The notes beneath the pieces were generated by a model that made no database searches, was not told where the DNA came from, and was given only the letters and a program-made list of their open reading frames with translations. DNA of 64,000 nucleotides from Phoronis australis (taxonomy: Eukaryota > Animalia > Phoronida). How positions within the stretch are numbered: the first letter of the stretch is position 1; the number at the start of each line of letters is the position of its first letter. Made by a program: the position numbers and the translations under genes. The stretch covers positions 361,485 to 425,484 of the forward strand of contig NMRA01000213.1 of the NCBI GenBank assembly GCA_002633005.1, given 5' to 3'. This document shows, in pieces, positions 49,208-62,180 of this stretch.

Positions 49208-49879
49208 CATATGTAACTGTAGCCTTAGTATACAGTGTAGGTTGTGCATCTGAATTTGCAGTTAAACTAGCGATGATTGTTGCAGCTACAGTTACTGTAC
49301 TATTTCTAGAACTAGTAAGACTGCAAAAGGTCAATACCAAAATTGAGAACTTATGTGTCATAACAACCAAGGATTATAAATATTGGTATTTGTCGGGATC
49401 CAGGTGTTAATGTTGTCGATGTTACTTTCGAATTCTCCGTCTGCAGATAGAAGTTGTCAAATCACCTTAATATTGAGTCATTAAATAGACGTCTCGCTAA
49501 CGTGCACTCAGTGATCTAAAAGATGCTTTTCGCTGTGCGGTAAAAGTTCATATTTTATGAAAGTGCTTGTAAAGAGCTTGTAAAATTTGAGTTTTTTTTA
49601 CTTTTATACAAATTTGATAATTATGGGGTCGCGTGACGATGGCATTGGTGAAATTTCTAAGAAGAATGTATATTCACAGCAGAGCCACGGATTTTTAAAA
49701 TGTTTTTACTCTAGATTGAATTTGAAATTACTTTTGACTTTTTCTAGTCTACTTTTGTGCGAAACCGAGCTATGTGTAAATGTCTATTAACCTGTGCTCA
49801 AGTTCATTATGGCTCACGTGGATAAACGTCTAATCCTGTGTTGAACCTTGTTTTGACAAGTGACTACTTTGTCAACAAC

Positions 49880-50200
49880 ATTAGACCTTCGCTCCCTTTG
49901 TGGTTGAGCAAGGAAGATATCGTGGTCTGAAGTATGCTAATAGAATCTGTAACCAGTGCCAGCGTGGGGTAGTTGAAGACGAACTTCATGTTTCATGTTT
50001 AAATACAGTTTCCAGCTTACCTTGACTTTAGTTTGGATTTGTTTAATTGATTGAATGTCAATTTTACATCTTTAAATGATGAAGAAAAGTTCTCTGGTGT
50101 CATCTGAAAACGTACATGTGTAAGAGATGTGCAGTTGATTGCCAAGACTTTCCTTTTAATTTAAGAAAAAAGGCAACAACGTTGTGCATTAAAGTTAAGA
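49880..50200 (+). mobile_element. 3' fragment of LINE ORF2
   Basis: QGRYRGLKYANRICNQCQRGVVEDELH, the same motif class as 3688-4100. Confidence 0.55.
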
Positions 50201-51749
50201 TATATTCATAGTGATGGTTCTAATATTTGTGATTTTATAGTTGCCTCTAACGTGCCTGGAAAGACACTGGTAATATTTTGATCTAGTGTTTGTACTTTGG
50301 AAAGGAGACACGAATAAAGTTTATTTATCTCATATTTATTTTCATAGCGCTGTACATCACAATCGTGAATTCGATATCGCAAAAAACGAGAAAATAAAAG
50401 AAAAGCGACTTCCATTGAAAGTTTTTTGCTCCACAGACATAATCTAGTTTCCGGTCTAATAGACCCCATAGTGAACCCTGCAATTTGGATTACTGTAAAT
50501 TTGTTGTTGAAATATACTAAATATGACCAGGAAAACAAAATTAGCTTGGTTACTTTTTGTGCAACTTTGAGCAATTTTTGCAGTTCAAGATGGCGGATGC
50601 CACCATTTTGAATTTCTGTCCACTTTTGTTTTTTCAACTTGATGACTAACAGTGTTATGTAATACAATGTTTACACCATTTCTGATGTTGTTTTATTAAT
50701 GCAGGGTCATTTTCAAGGTCAAACTAGGATCAAATGTCCAAACTGCCTAACAATCTTCTGATATTTAGTTTTTAATCACTTTCACTTCCATATATATTTT
50801 GAAAAAGCTGATTATTCCATACTATATTGCATACTATAGTGGGCCAAAAATTTTGCTCATGAGTTTCATGAGGGTTGTATTGGTATACCAGAGAAAACAT
50901 CTGGCGTGGACATGCTCATCAGCTCCGCAGCAGTTGTTGGAGCAACCAGTATGGTTACTGATCAATACTCTAAAAACAATACTCCGAAGAAACCAAACCC
51001 ATGCCTACTCTAAATATAAAGGTGTTTGTCTGATTTTAAAACATTTATATGATACGTACATTTTCTCTTGGTCAAGCAAACTTCAAAGAAGGCACGATAC
51101 AAGACTCATTAACTACAACGACAGTAGAAACGGCAGAAACAAGTCATTGGACTTCATTGCCCACATTTTATTTTTATGTGGGTATTTTGTTAGAAAGTAG
51201 CAAATTAACAACCCATTCTTTAAATTAGGAGAAAATTTGGGACGTTCGAGTAAAAAATATAAAAAAAAACATTTCGTAAGTACGGTTTTTTCGGGTCTTC
51301 GGAGGTATACACAGCCATTTTGTTACTCCATTTCTACTCAAATGGGGCCAAGTCTTATAAAGATCTGATGATTTACCTGGAGATGGTTAATAACCACCAG
51401 CATCTGTATATTGTCTTTTTAAGTCAACACTGCTGTCCCTCATTTTTCTGCTTTATCTTCCCCTTCAACAACCCTGTCTCAAGGAGATGTTGACATATTC
51501 CTTCGTAGCAGTTCACCGCAGTTGTGTACAGGTACCTGCGCTGTTGTAACAGTTTGCAAAATAAAGCGAAAAACGTGGAAACTCTTTTTGACTAGAACCC
51601 GACACCTTACGTTTTCGTAATTTCCAAAGTTTGCCCGTAAATCCACTCACACAAACAAACAATAAACGGCTACACGCAGTAACGTCATCTTAAACTCCCA
51701 AAAAATTCGACACACTCTCGACTAAGGTACCAAACATTTCTGGCAAGAA

Positions 51750-53290
51750 TTTTATTCCAAGTTTAGCAGCCTTCTAGAGTTCTTTTCAAGTTCCTTTTGA
51801 AGTATACTGTGTGTGGAGCACCTTCCCGATAATGTCAAGAAAGTTCTACACGAAGCTGCGCGCAGCTGTTGACACTGGGATGAAAAGACTGTAGTACCGG
51901 CTGACCAATTGGAAGAACAGACATACCGTATATTAAACGAATAAAAGGTTCTGGGGTTATAAAGGTCAGTTTTATGAGAGCCGCGCAAGTGGCCGTGTGA
52001 GTGAACAGTTTCAGTGGGTGTGCCCACCTTTGACACTACTATGGATAACATACATCTATGTCAAGTGGAATGAAGGTGGTGAAGAGCAGAAGTCATCCAG
52101 TGGAGTGACAGGAAAAGACTAAGCACATGACGGAAGGACTTGAATGGATCTGAACGAGGACGGCTATAGAAAGATTGCAGATGAGATAGAGAAACACATA
52201 CAATCGCTCACTGACCAGCAGTCATACCTATTTCAATAATATCTGTAATTGCCGAGTAGTTACCAATTGTTCAGAACGAGCTGGTCATTGGGCATGAGCA
52301 GAGCAGTCAGATATTTCCTTTCGGTAAGCAGTGAATGTTGCAAACTAATTAATAAAAAGTCAAAATGCTGGAGTTGATGAAGAAGCCTGTGCCGTCAAGG
52401 GAAGGCCATGGCGTTGAGACGCTGTTCAGTTGCCTGTTTGTCGTAGGACAGCAATGTAACACTAACGTAGCTGATGTCCTTCCGTATGAGTCCACTCCCT
52501 ACATATGAGATTGGCAAATACGGCAGTCTGACGAAGGATGACAAAGACATTTTGGTCAAATCTCTCCGCGTATGTTTAAAATCGTTGTGCTCCGGATGTG
52601 GTGTTGATTGCTGTTGTCCGGCCTTTGTACCAGGTCGTGTGGAGTGTTTCCGGAACTACATGAGATTTAGGTAAAGCCTCGGCACTGTGCTAGCTCCCTA
52701 TTCTCCCGCTTGTAAAAAAATATTCGCTTTGAAAGATATGACAACAAACTTAAAGATCTTTACTCAAAGGACCATTAGGCGATAACTTGAGGATTAGTTG
52801 AGGAGGCCGCGCTTAACCCAAACATCCCTCTTTTGCCGATAAACTTTTCTACATAACGCTATGTTAAACAACCTTCTATATGTGTGAAGCTATACCCTTC
52901 TATTCAACATCGAGCGGGTCACGAAGAGCAGGCGTAAATGTTGAACGTTGTGGAATAAAATACCCTCACCATAAGAATCCTTAGTAGCAACACTGACTTC
53001 TCAATGCTCATGGTTTATGGTACGTCATAGATGCCAGTGGACGCCAAGACTCAGATGGAAGCTTTAAATAGCAGTATTTCGGACACAATGGAACAGGTCA
53101 GAGATTTGGAGAGCACCTGAGAGGTCAGAAGACTGGACAGTATCTTGGTTTGAATGAGCTTTCAGAGACGCTGTTTTTTTTTTAAAGCCAAGATTTCTCT
53201 CTGAATAGACAAGGATGTATCAAGTTTAATTTTTCTCAGGCAGTGACGCCTGGTCCATTGCCTTGCAACTGCTGTCTACGAACACCGACA
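51750..53290 (+). mobile_element. Academ-like transposase relic in an intron (ends not defined)
   Basis: Fragments ADQLEEQTY..KGSG..AQVAV*VNSFSGCAHL, YRKIADEIEKH, MSPLPT...KYGSLTKDDKDILVKSL and a Cys-rich PCNCC remnant. Confidence 0.55.
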
Positions 53291-55203
53291 AAGGGGGATG
53301 AAATTTTCTCGGGAACCAGTTGGTCATCAATCCCTAGTAGAAGGAGCCAGGCGGCTCCGCAATGTCGGAAAATTTACTTTATAGTAAGTTCCAGAAGTCA
53401 GTTTAATATTTTCGTATGGGTGAATAGTAACGCCCATCGTAACCTGTACGGATTAGACGTGTACACACATCCCTATTCACTAGTAGTGACTATTCAAGGT
53501 AGTGTAGCCTAGTGTGAAAAGTGTCCAACCTTTATTTACGGTTGTGGATTCAAGTCACACGAGTGCACACTGTTGGACGATTGGGTACCTAGCTTCTCTA
53601 GCTTCTCAGCTCGGTGTCAACTAATAAAGGCGGTCTGTGCTGTGGGCCTACATGTACCTGAGCGGCCTGAGCACGTCTGGTACAACAATATTTGAAACTT
53701 TAGTTATTGAGATGTTGGGAGAATATCTAATTCCAGTATTCACCCATCCCTTTTCTTGATACATGTATAATGAAATCACAGGAATTTTAATTTTGCATTT
53801 CCGATAAATTTAACATTTCGTCGGCCAAAAGAGCTAAATTCTATTCATTTAAGTTCAACTTAACCGTTGACATCTGAGTTAACCTTGAATCCATAAAATA
53901 GCATCCGAAATGAACTCTGCGTCCGATGAAAACCTTGGAAACGATACTTTGCGTGAATTGAACGAATAAAGGTACCCAGCGTGTCATGTCCGCCAACACA
54001 CCAGTTCCTTGTACAGGCCTGTGCCATATCCTTGCTTCTGCGATAACACGCTGGAAAGTGAAAAGAGTCACAGCAATGCACAATGCTAGGTTGCCACAGT
54101 AACTACAAAAGCTATGCCCGGCCGTTCCTCACTATACCGTAAAACACCCACGAACAGCAATATCTGACAACTTTAAACACTAAACACAGTGAAGGATGAC
54201 TAGGGGTATGATTGATTTTCCCCGATTTTATGTTGTACATGTTTGTAGGCCTGTCGACCAATGAAGGCTCGCAATTCAAAATCAGCTTGTAACATATCAT
54301 AAAATAGCAAGTGCTTACAGGCGTTTTTATTTGACAGCTGATCTGCTGGTGCGGTTGTTTTTCGATTTTGGTGTTTTTGATACGAAATTGGTGATATTAA
54401 GCATTTTACTGAACCCAACATTAAGACTAAAACTACGAGTCTGAACTCAAGATTTTACTCAAAATCTCGAGTTTTTACTCGATTTTGTTGCTCAAATCTA
54501 GTGGTCTTCGAATGCAGACCTGTTCTATAAAATCATTTGCATAAACCGTTATGTACGTGAGAGCAGAATAAAACACATTTGTGTTGAGTTCGCACAAAGT
54601 AAAACGGAAAATGAAACAAATGATTTCGAGTTCAATTTCGAGTAGTACGATTGGATCCTGTACCCAGAGAAGTTCGATCGATTTATAGCACAGCATGCAA
54701 TGGTGGGGATTTTAAAAACGTTTCCTAACACTGAGTGTTTTGGAGATCAGTACATAAAAATAGTATCTGAAAGTTTCATACGAATCTGCTCAACCGTTGC
54801 GCAGATATGGGTTTTCGACATTGGCCGAATTTTGACACGGAGAGTCTTTCATTTTAATTTTTAATGTGTTCAGAGTTTTTTTGTAAGCAATTCTTTTATG
54901 AAACGTAGAAAGTGTTTAATATTTCAATTTCAAATGACTTGGTGTTATACTTGAAATTTGGTGTTTATTGTATTTTTTGTAAACTTACTTATTAACAAAT
55001 CAGTAACAGGCTTGTCTAGTGTTAGTAGTTGCAAAAATAACATTTAGATTAGAAGTAGTATGTGTAATGGTAGTAGTAATTGAAGTGTGTTCTTACTACT
55101 GCAGCAATAGTAATGTGGTACATGTACGTTGTAGTCGTTGTGGTAGACATGTAAATGCGCTTCATCTTTAGACTGCATTGCACTTGTTTAACTTCACTCG
55201 TAG

Positions 55204-55407
55204 CACAAGGACCGATCCGGGGTGGCTGGGGAGAGTTCGGACCTTGGTCTTCGTGTTTCCGAAGTGACAACCGGACTCGAACCAAGGTATGCGACAATCC
55301 AGCGCCAAGCGGCGGCGGAGCACAATGTCAGAACGACAGTTCCAGTAGTGAGATCAAGCCCTGTCCAACACCAGCAAAAGTGAGGATGGCGTTTTACGAA
55401 ACATTGG
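55204..55407 (+). CDS. Mosaic lectin exon 7: TSP1 repeat #2
   Basis: cgtag| acceptor and g|gtgggt donor, 204 nt, phase 1-1. GGWGEFGPWSSC...RTRTKVCDNPAPSGGGAQC...PCPTPAK. The tail parallels exon 2. Confidence 0.88.
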
Positions 55408-56487
55408 GTGGGTGTTCTTTTAAGCTCTTTTTACAAATTCCGATTTTGCGTATTCGACATCATAAACAACTATCGGCGTCTACGCTGAATCGTAGGCAAC
55501 ATACGCGTGGTCCGACATGAATTTTCTAGCAAAGAAGTTGTGTGCGATTTAGTAGTGAGTTTTCGGTGACTCTAGACGTACAGTGCATATGGAGTCGCAA
55601 ACGAAACAATCGAGTGAGCTTAAACTCTACATTATATAACATCGCATGCTTTAATATAAACGATTAATTAAAAAATATTTGACCCGGTTTTGGCTTGTTA
55701 ACATATATGAACAAGAGCTTTCCCATCTACCTCTCCAAATTAAAATATTTTATTATTTGATGTAAATTAAAATATTATATTATTTGATGCCCTCTAAGTC
55801 TCTTCAATCCTCAGAAGTTGAGGCAAATTTTAAAAAGTTCTTACATGCGTGACCTACGCATCAGGCGACTTACCCAACACTGTAAGGAAAGTCCATTCAC
55901 TGCGAATCACTATTCTGTAACAAAAACAGTATTTATGCTTAGCTGAATCATGCCTTTATCGCTCATGTAACACGGACAAGCGCCATTACCGGGTACAGAT
56001 CGAGGATTGACTGAAGTCGCTAAAACAGTGACCTTTAGTAACCTTTACAGCTTATTAATGTCCCGTTCGCTATTTAAATAAACACTATGGAATTGTTCAG
56101 GGCCATGCAGTTTGCCAATGTAGTGCCTGAGCTGGTTATATTACATCACGTTGTGCTGAAACACCTCCGCGGGAAAATATGTTCCTAGAACAATGTGTTC
56201 TTGACCAAAGATATCTCGCAAACGTTATTTAACTGGAAGAATTTCATGCTGATGGGAATTATATCTAACATACCCACAGTTCTTTTTATTTGGCTAGAGA
56301 ATTTTGAGGGCACGAAATTTGAAAATTTCTCGACTTAGTGGCAAAACCGTTTCAGTACACCGGTGCTTCGTATTTTGGCGGAACAGCCAACTTCTGAAAG
56401 TTGTCCATGTTAGTGTAATACATCAACCCAGAAATATTTTTTGGGAAGCTGCACCCTTAGTCAATACATGAGCTTGTTTTGTTTCAG

Positions 56488-56760
56488 ACATCCAGTATGG
56501 TTGCTATGTGGATAGTTTGAAAAGGGACCTCCCGAAAGAAATCTCGATGTCTGGTCTGACGCCATCAAAGTGTCAGAAAACCTGTGGCAATACTGGCTAC
56601 GCGTACGCTGCGGTACAAAATGGCAACGAGTGCTTCTGTGGAAGCTCGTTTGGTGGTCAAGGGAAAGATCGCGTTTCCAAGTGTAATAAAGCTTGCGCGG
56701 GTGACAAAACGCAGAAGTGTGGTGGGCCATGGCGAAACTGGGTGATGCAAGCCTCCAAAG
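56488..56760 (+). CDS. Mosaic lectin exon 8: WSC carbohydrate-binding domain
   Basis: gtttcag| acceptor and g|gtacac donor, 273 nt. YGCYVDSLKRDL....LTPSKCQKTC...GYAYAAVQNGNECFCG...CNKACAGDKTQKCGGPWRN is a canonical WSC pattern. Confidence 0.93.
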
Positions 56761-57198
56761 GTACACTTTCATAAATGATATAATGATTTGGGAGCAGTAC
56801 GGTGTGGCTGCACTTAATGGACTTCGCGAAGACATCTGATTGGTCTCTAAACCGGAAATAAAATGTCATTTAGCACATGAAATGTGCAATAAATAGTTTC
56901 AATTTTCCACTGATTAGTCACGATGGAAATGTTTCTCTAGGCTTACTGTTGTGTCGTGTTGTAAGATTTTCTGTGTTGTGGCATGCACTATATACAGTGT
57001 CTCACTGAACACACATTGCATCCTATATGCTTTACGACTGTCTCCTACAACGAGCTTTGTTAATCGTCAATCTAAGTTGTAAATTCTATCGTGGGCTTAC
57101 ACAAAATGGCAGGTATTTATAAATCACGTGTCTCTGTGGAAATTTGGAGAGCACTGAATTTTACACGTTTATTTACTATCCACGTTTTGTCCTTTCAG

Positions 57199-57465
57199 CA
57201 TGTATCGCAAATGATAGGTTCCAAGTGATCGCTGTTGACCAAATGGCGTTCCGAGGACACAACTTTGAAACCCACACTGGCGTTACTAGTGAACTTAACT
57301 GCGCCACCATGTGCAAAAATGACGTAAGGTGCAGGTCTGCAGAATACTCCAGCGGGGCATCTACGTGCACCTTCTTAGATGTCGCGTGGAATAACCAGAC
57401 GTTGTCTCCCAATTCCTTCGCAGAGAATTCTTCGACGACGCATTTAGAAATTCAGTGTACCTTAG
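57199..57465 (+). CDS. Mosaic lectin exon 9: PAN/apple domain #2
   Basis: ctttcag| acceptor and g|gtaatg donor, 267 nt. SELNCATMCKNDVRCRSAEY...CTF..TLS.N.....THLE, paralogous to exon 4. Confidence 0.9.
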
Positions 57466-59251
57466 GTAATGTACTTGTAGGGGTATCGTAAAACATGTCG
57501 GGGTGTTTAGGGGTGATTCACCAATAAAAACATGAAAATTTCCAACATGAGGTCCCTTTGGTAATCATATCCTCGGCTATTTACAATGTTGTCTACACTC
57601 TAAGTGTCTGACAGATCGAGGGATTTGTATAGTGAACCAACCACATTTTGCCAAATACCAAGCCCTCACAACCGTTTTTGGTCGTGTTTGTAGGGTGAGG
57701 CAAAGGGTACCACAGTTGACTTCAGTGTTAATGCCATCATAGGCCTACCAACCGTGGGGAATTTAATAACCTTCGTGCTAAGAACACGCATACATAAGTC
57801 TGAAGTGGAATGACGTCACAGGGTTCTACTTGCTGTTGTTAAAACAAAGTGTTCTCTTGTACATGTACGACGCTTACAGTAGAAAATGGAACACGCGCAA
57901 CATATATTTTCAATTTTAAAAACGGTTGCGATGGGCATCATCCTGACTTTCTTATTCTTCTCGAGACTTAAACGTTTGACAGGAAAGACTTGTTCACTAT
58001 TGCGCCACCAGCAAGTCCCTAGCCAGCCAGCTAGTTGTATGAAGACAAGCGTTAAAATACAGCTAGGAATCGATTGGTGTAATCTTAACTTAGACCTCAA
58101 AATTCCCCACGTCACGTGATAATGGAACTTATGCCACTTTGTAAAAAATCGGAAGGGATGCATGCAATATCTCGGAGCTGACCGAAACTCACGTTGCCTC
58201 TTACAGTCGTTCAGGGGAAAAGAAATCTAATAATATGTTACTTATTGCGTCATTCCCCGCTTTCAGTATAAAACAGGAAATTCTGACGTCGAATTGAAAA
58301 CAGTAAGCTCATGACACGCATATCGGACATTTGCTAAATGTTTGTGTCGTCTTTCGGGAGATCAATACAGCTTTGATTGAGGAAATTTTCTTCTGTTGAC
58401 AGTTTTAGGTAGCCCAAATGAACGATCCCAATCAAATTTAGGACCGTACACGCCAATATATTCCACCAGGAGAATGTACACCAACCGTGAAACACGACCC
58501 CTAAGTGGCTTATCCCACGGTGTATTCCATGGCCTTTGATTCACTTGTAAATCTTTATGGGACAAGTTATTATATGTACAGTAACATACATAAAAAGGTC
58601 CGATATAAATGGACAAACTTCGCATCCAATGAGCATGGTACTTCACAGAGTGTGTATTTTCAATGGCTAAATTATTCACTTACATTCAATACACAGTTAA
58701 GCGCATACACGCTGAGCTCTCTGACACGAAGCTTGTGACGTTTGTCGACCGCTTTACACCGTTGTTTGACCGCACAACACAATAAATCTTAACCAATATA
58801 TATTTCTTCCATTGTCCATTCCAACCATTTCCTGGAAGTAGTTTGTAAATCTGTCCACTACGCTTTTAGGTAAACAACTGATAGCAGACAGACAGAACGA
58901 ATGATCGACATAAGATCGAGAGCCCTAGCATAGCCGCCTCCCATGAACAGTAATCTTATAGTAAAACATAGGTTAATCATCACATTCATTCAACATGTTT
59001 TCGGACTGCAAAGATGTGACAGTGACCTCATGCGAAACAAGGGTTGTAAAACTTGCTTCAAAACTCGTGACAAGAGTGCACGACCGTAGCTGTGAACACC
59101 TAGAAATAACCAATGACTTTGATGTCGTGGAAATCCGGCGGCCCCTAATACACATGTTTGCTTTCCTACCTTCCTGTAAAGTAAACCGTGTCTTATTACA
59201 TGTAGGCCTAGTTGTTCATGTGAAAGCATTACATTCGGATTTTTATTGCAG

Positions 59252-59432
59252 ATTTGGGATGTCCGCCTGGCTTTTATCTCTACAACAACTCAAGGTGTTA
59301 CGCTTTGACAGGATCTGATTCGTTAAAGGTTACCTTTTCACAGGCACAAGACTACTGCTACGCCAGAGGGAGCCTACTGATATCTGTGACGGATGTCAAC
59401 GAGATTAATGACGTCATTACTTTCACAAACAC
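59252..59432 (+). CDS. Mosaic lectin exon 10: C-type lectin domain #2, N-half
   Basis: ttgcag| acceptor and ac|gtacgt donor, 181 nt (same length as exon 5). GCPPGFYLYNNSRCY...GSDSL.VT..QAQDYCYARGSLL. Confidence 0.9.
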
Positions 59433-59749
59433 GTACGTTTGAAATTGTGCACTCTTTAAGAATTTTCGTCGACGTGTCGGTTTTAACTGGAGCGTTGTTC
59501 ATTAGGGACACTTAAGTTAAGTTTTGGATTGAAGTGAACTCCTCAAGTTTTCTTCACAGCAAACAGGTGTCGCGATCGTGGGATCACTCAACTTCGGTGC
59601 CCATCGAAGATATCGGCAGGGGCAACGTAGGCGGCGGCACATCCTCGTATGACGTGCATGCCGGAAGATTTTCTGCGAAATGTCGCTTCACCCTGGTCAG
59701 GAAATTCAGAGACTATCTTCTAATCTGAGCTCCTAACAAAATTGAGTGC

Positions 59750-59990
59750 TTCTTAAAAAAAACTATCCTTTCTTCCTCTCCCAGCTCTCAAGCTAACATA
59801 CAATGTATAGCGCACTCGTCCTCCCACATTTAAAGTATGGTATAACACAGTGGGATTTTGGCAACATAAAGAAACTGCAGGCAACCCAGAAGAGATTCCT
59901 TAGAAATATCTTCTCTGTTAATGCTCGCACTCTTCCCATATGTAAGGAAATCCATCTGCATCAACTTGTAGCAGTAATGAACTTTGACGC
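59750..59990 (+). mobile_element. CR1/L2-group LINE RT C-terminal fragment
   Basis: MYSALVLPHLKYGITQW....IKKLQATQKRFLRNI matches the YxSLVxPHLxYG..W...L..LQKR.LR motif. Confidence 0.7.
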
Positions 59991-60978
59991 AGGATCATGA
60001 AATTCGGGCATTTGAAGAGTAATTTTTGCTGGTCCCTGTGTACATGTACCTATTTCCAATAGATTTTTCCACGTAATTCTTCGGAAATTGCAGCCAGCTA
60101 GAGAGGCTTTTACGTCATCGTTATTCTAAAGAGTGATTTTGGCAGTGAATCTTTTTGGTATATCCTTATAAAGACGAACTTATGAAATATACCGCTTACT
60201 GGCACAGTCGCACCAGATCCCATCCGCACAACATTCTCGGTTCTAAAATGTTAACCTTTGCTTTCATGGAGTTTGCCCCACCCAAAAGCAAATTCTGCAA
60301 GGTACGCCTTTGGCGAGGGGATGAAAAACTGGCTAGGGTGACTGAAACAGTGATCATAGGGAGGAAGCTAACTTTAGAACTACTTACGTAGGACGGTTGT
60401 GCAGGTATCGACAGGCGATGATGGGCGTGGGGAAACTGGTGTCGACCTCGCGGCGAAAATCCGTGGTGGCGGAGGTGGAAATGCATTCGACGGGGCCTGG
60501 GGTTGCGTTCACATTTGTTTCGCTATTCCACTAAAACAAACTTCCTGCGTGTATGAAAGGTGACGTTTATATGAAAAATTAAGATCAAGCTGTCCCGCTT
60601 TTTGCTCCGCCCGCGGGTCTCTAACAACATTTAACAAAACCACTAAATGTCTTGTTTCATATCGTAAATGTTTAGCGTTACTAAACCGATCTCAGCGAAG
60701 GCATTAATGGACAAAGACCAATGGTTTCTTCAGCTTTCCAACTTTGTTCGTGTTCACTGGAACTTTGCGTTGTAATGAATTCCAGTGCCAAAGAAAACTA
60801 AATGACATGTGGAAAAGGGTGAACTTTGTATTTGGTGCCAACTTTTATATTCTTGATTCAATTTCTTTCTCTTGCCACTATTTGGACCCAATCTGGTTTA
60901 AGTTTACATTGTATTTTATGCAAGTGAAGTCATTTGCGGCCGATAAATTAAGAAAGTGATCCCTCAACTTTTTCCCAG

Positions 60979-61220
60979 ACACGCGTCTTCTGTAGGAGGC
61001 ACAGTAGAACAATATTGGCTGGGCATGCAGAAACTCGAAACAGAAAAGGGTCGCAAGTGGTATCTTGCCAACAATACAGAATTCAATAACAACAGCTACA
61101 GCTATTGGCGAAATGGTGAACCGCTACACGACTGCGCAATGATGGACTGCAAGGGACACAACTGCCAATGGGAAGGCGTAGATTGCGGTTCACTCCACCA
61201 TATTATTTGTGAAAGAGAAG
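60979..61220 (+). CDS. Mosaic lectin exon 11: C-type lectin domain #2, C-half (EPL, WEG)
   Basis: ttcccag| acceptor and g|gtaata donor, 242 nt, phase 2-1. YWLGM...YSYWRNGEPLHDCAMMDCKGHNCQWEGVDC....IICE. Confidence 0.92.
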
Positions 61221-61941
61221 GTAATAAAAGGAGAGGTCTCACAGCTGTTGTCGTATTCCCATCCGGTCTTAATTTTTCCCGTTGAAACATTTGTTCAACC
61301 CTGTTCTCACTTTCGGAACTATTCGTAAGATTTTCGCCAACCCCTGTTTTTTTCAGAAATGGGTGTCAATTTTTTTACAAGAGCGGATAAACATGTGCCA
61401 CGAATGAAATATTTCAAATTTCAACAAGGCTTTTACTCGATAGGCAAAATATGTCTTTGGGAAGAGTACTCTTACCCGGACACGGTCACGAACCAGGCAC
61501 TTGAAGTATGTGCTCCCATTTTAAAACACTGATTTAAAAAAAAGTGACAAAAATTAGAAGCCAATTGGCCATGCTCAGTTGTTCAAATCTTCTGTTTTTG
61601 ATTAAGAAGATGATACAGCTGGGAATCTTTAAGGATCGGTGGAAGTGTTTTTTATGTGAAGAGAAAGCTTTATGGGACGTAGTTCATTTTTGTTACAGTG
61701 CGCCATGAATGAAAAATTGCCCGAGTAGCATTTATCGAACTGTTCAGGCTTTGTTGTTTTTTGTTGATTTGATGCGCTCTGTCAGTATAACAGTGTTGCG
61801 AATTATTGATGAATTTAGATCAGCACTTAGAATGGCGGTTCTTGTTGTGTTCGGTTCAGGAACGGGCACCGGTTTCGGATTCCGGAAAACAATCTTGTTT
61901 TTCTGTGAATTCAGAATATTCTAATTCATTTTTCAATTAGA

Positions 61942-61946
<5 letters not shown>

Positions 61947-61978
<32 letters not shown>
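61947..61978. repeat. (TA)n microsatellite
   Basis: Read directly. Confidence 0.95.
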
Positions 61979-61979
<1 letters not shown>

Positions 61980-62180
61980 GGAATGATTTGCCATTGTACA
62001 TAAAATGACGCAGTTTTGTTACTTTCAATGTTTTATATACAAAGAAGTCAATTGTCCTAATAAGGTTACTTTTGATATTGCGCAATTCTGTGTACATTCG
62101 ATTGTTTCTCGTCGGCAGAGAAGCATCTACATGTATGTTTGCCTCCTGTATAATATCCAGTGTCCTGCTACACTTTACAG

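Noticed and set aside
49014-49410. Poly-Thr/Ser (mucin-like) and poly-Val ORFs
   Set aside because: Translations of an intronic trinucleotide microsatellite. The Thr-rich frame is antisense to the host gene and has no convincing splice support.
55377-55385. Alternative donor aaa|gtgagg for TSP1 exon 7
   Set aside because: Phase 0 is incompatible with the phase-1 WSC exon. The donor at 55407 keeps the frame and parallels exon 2.
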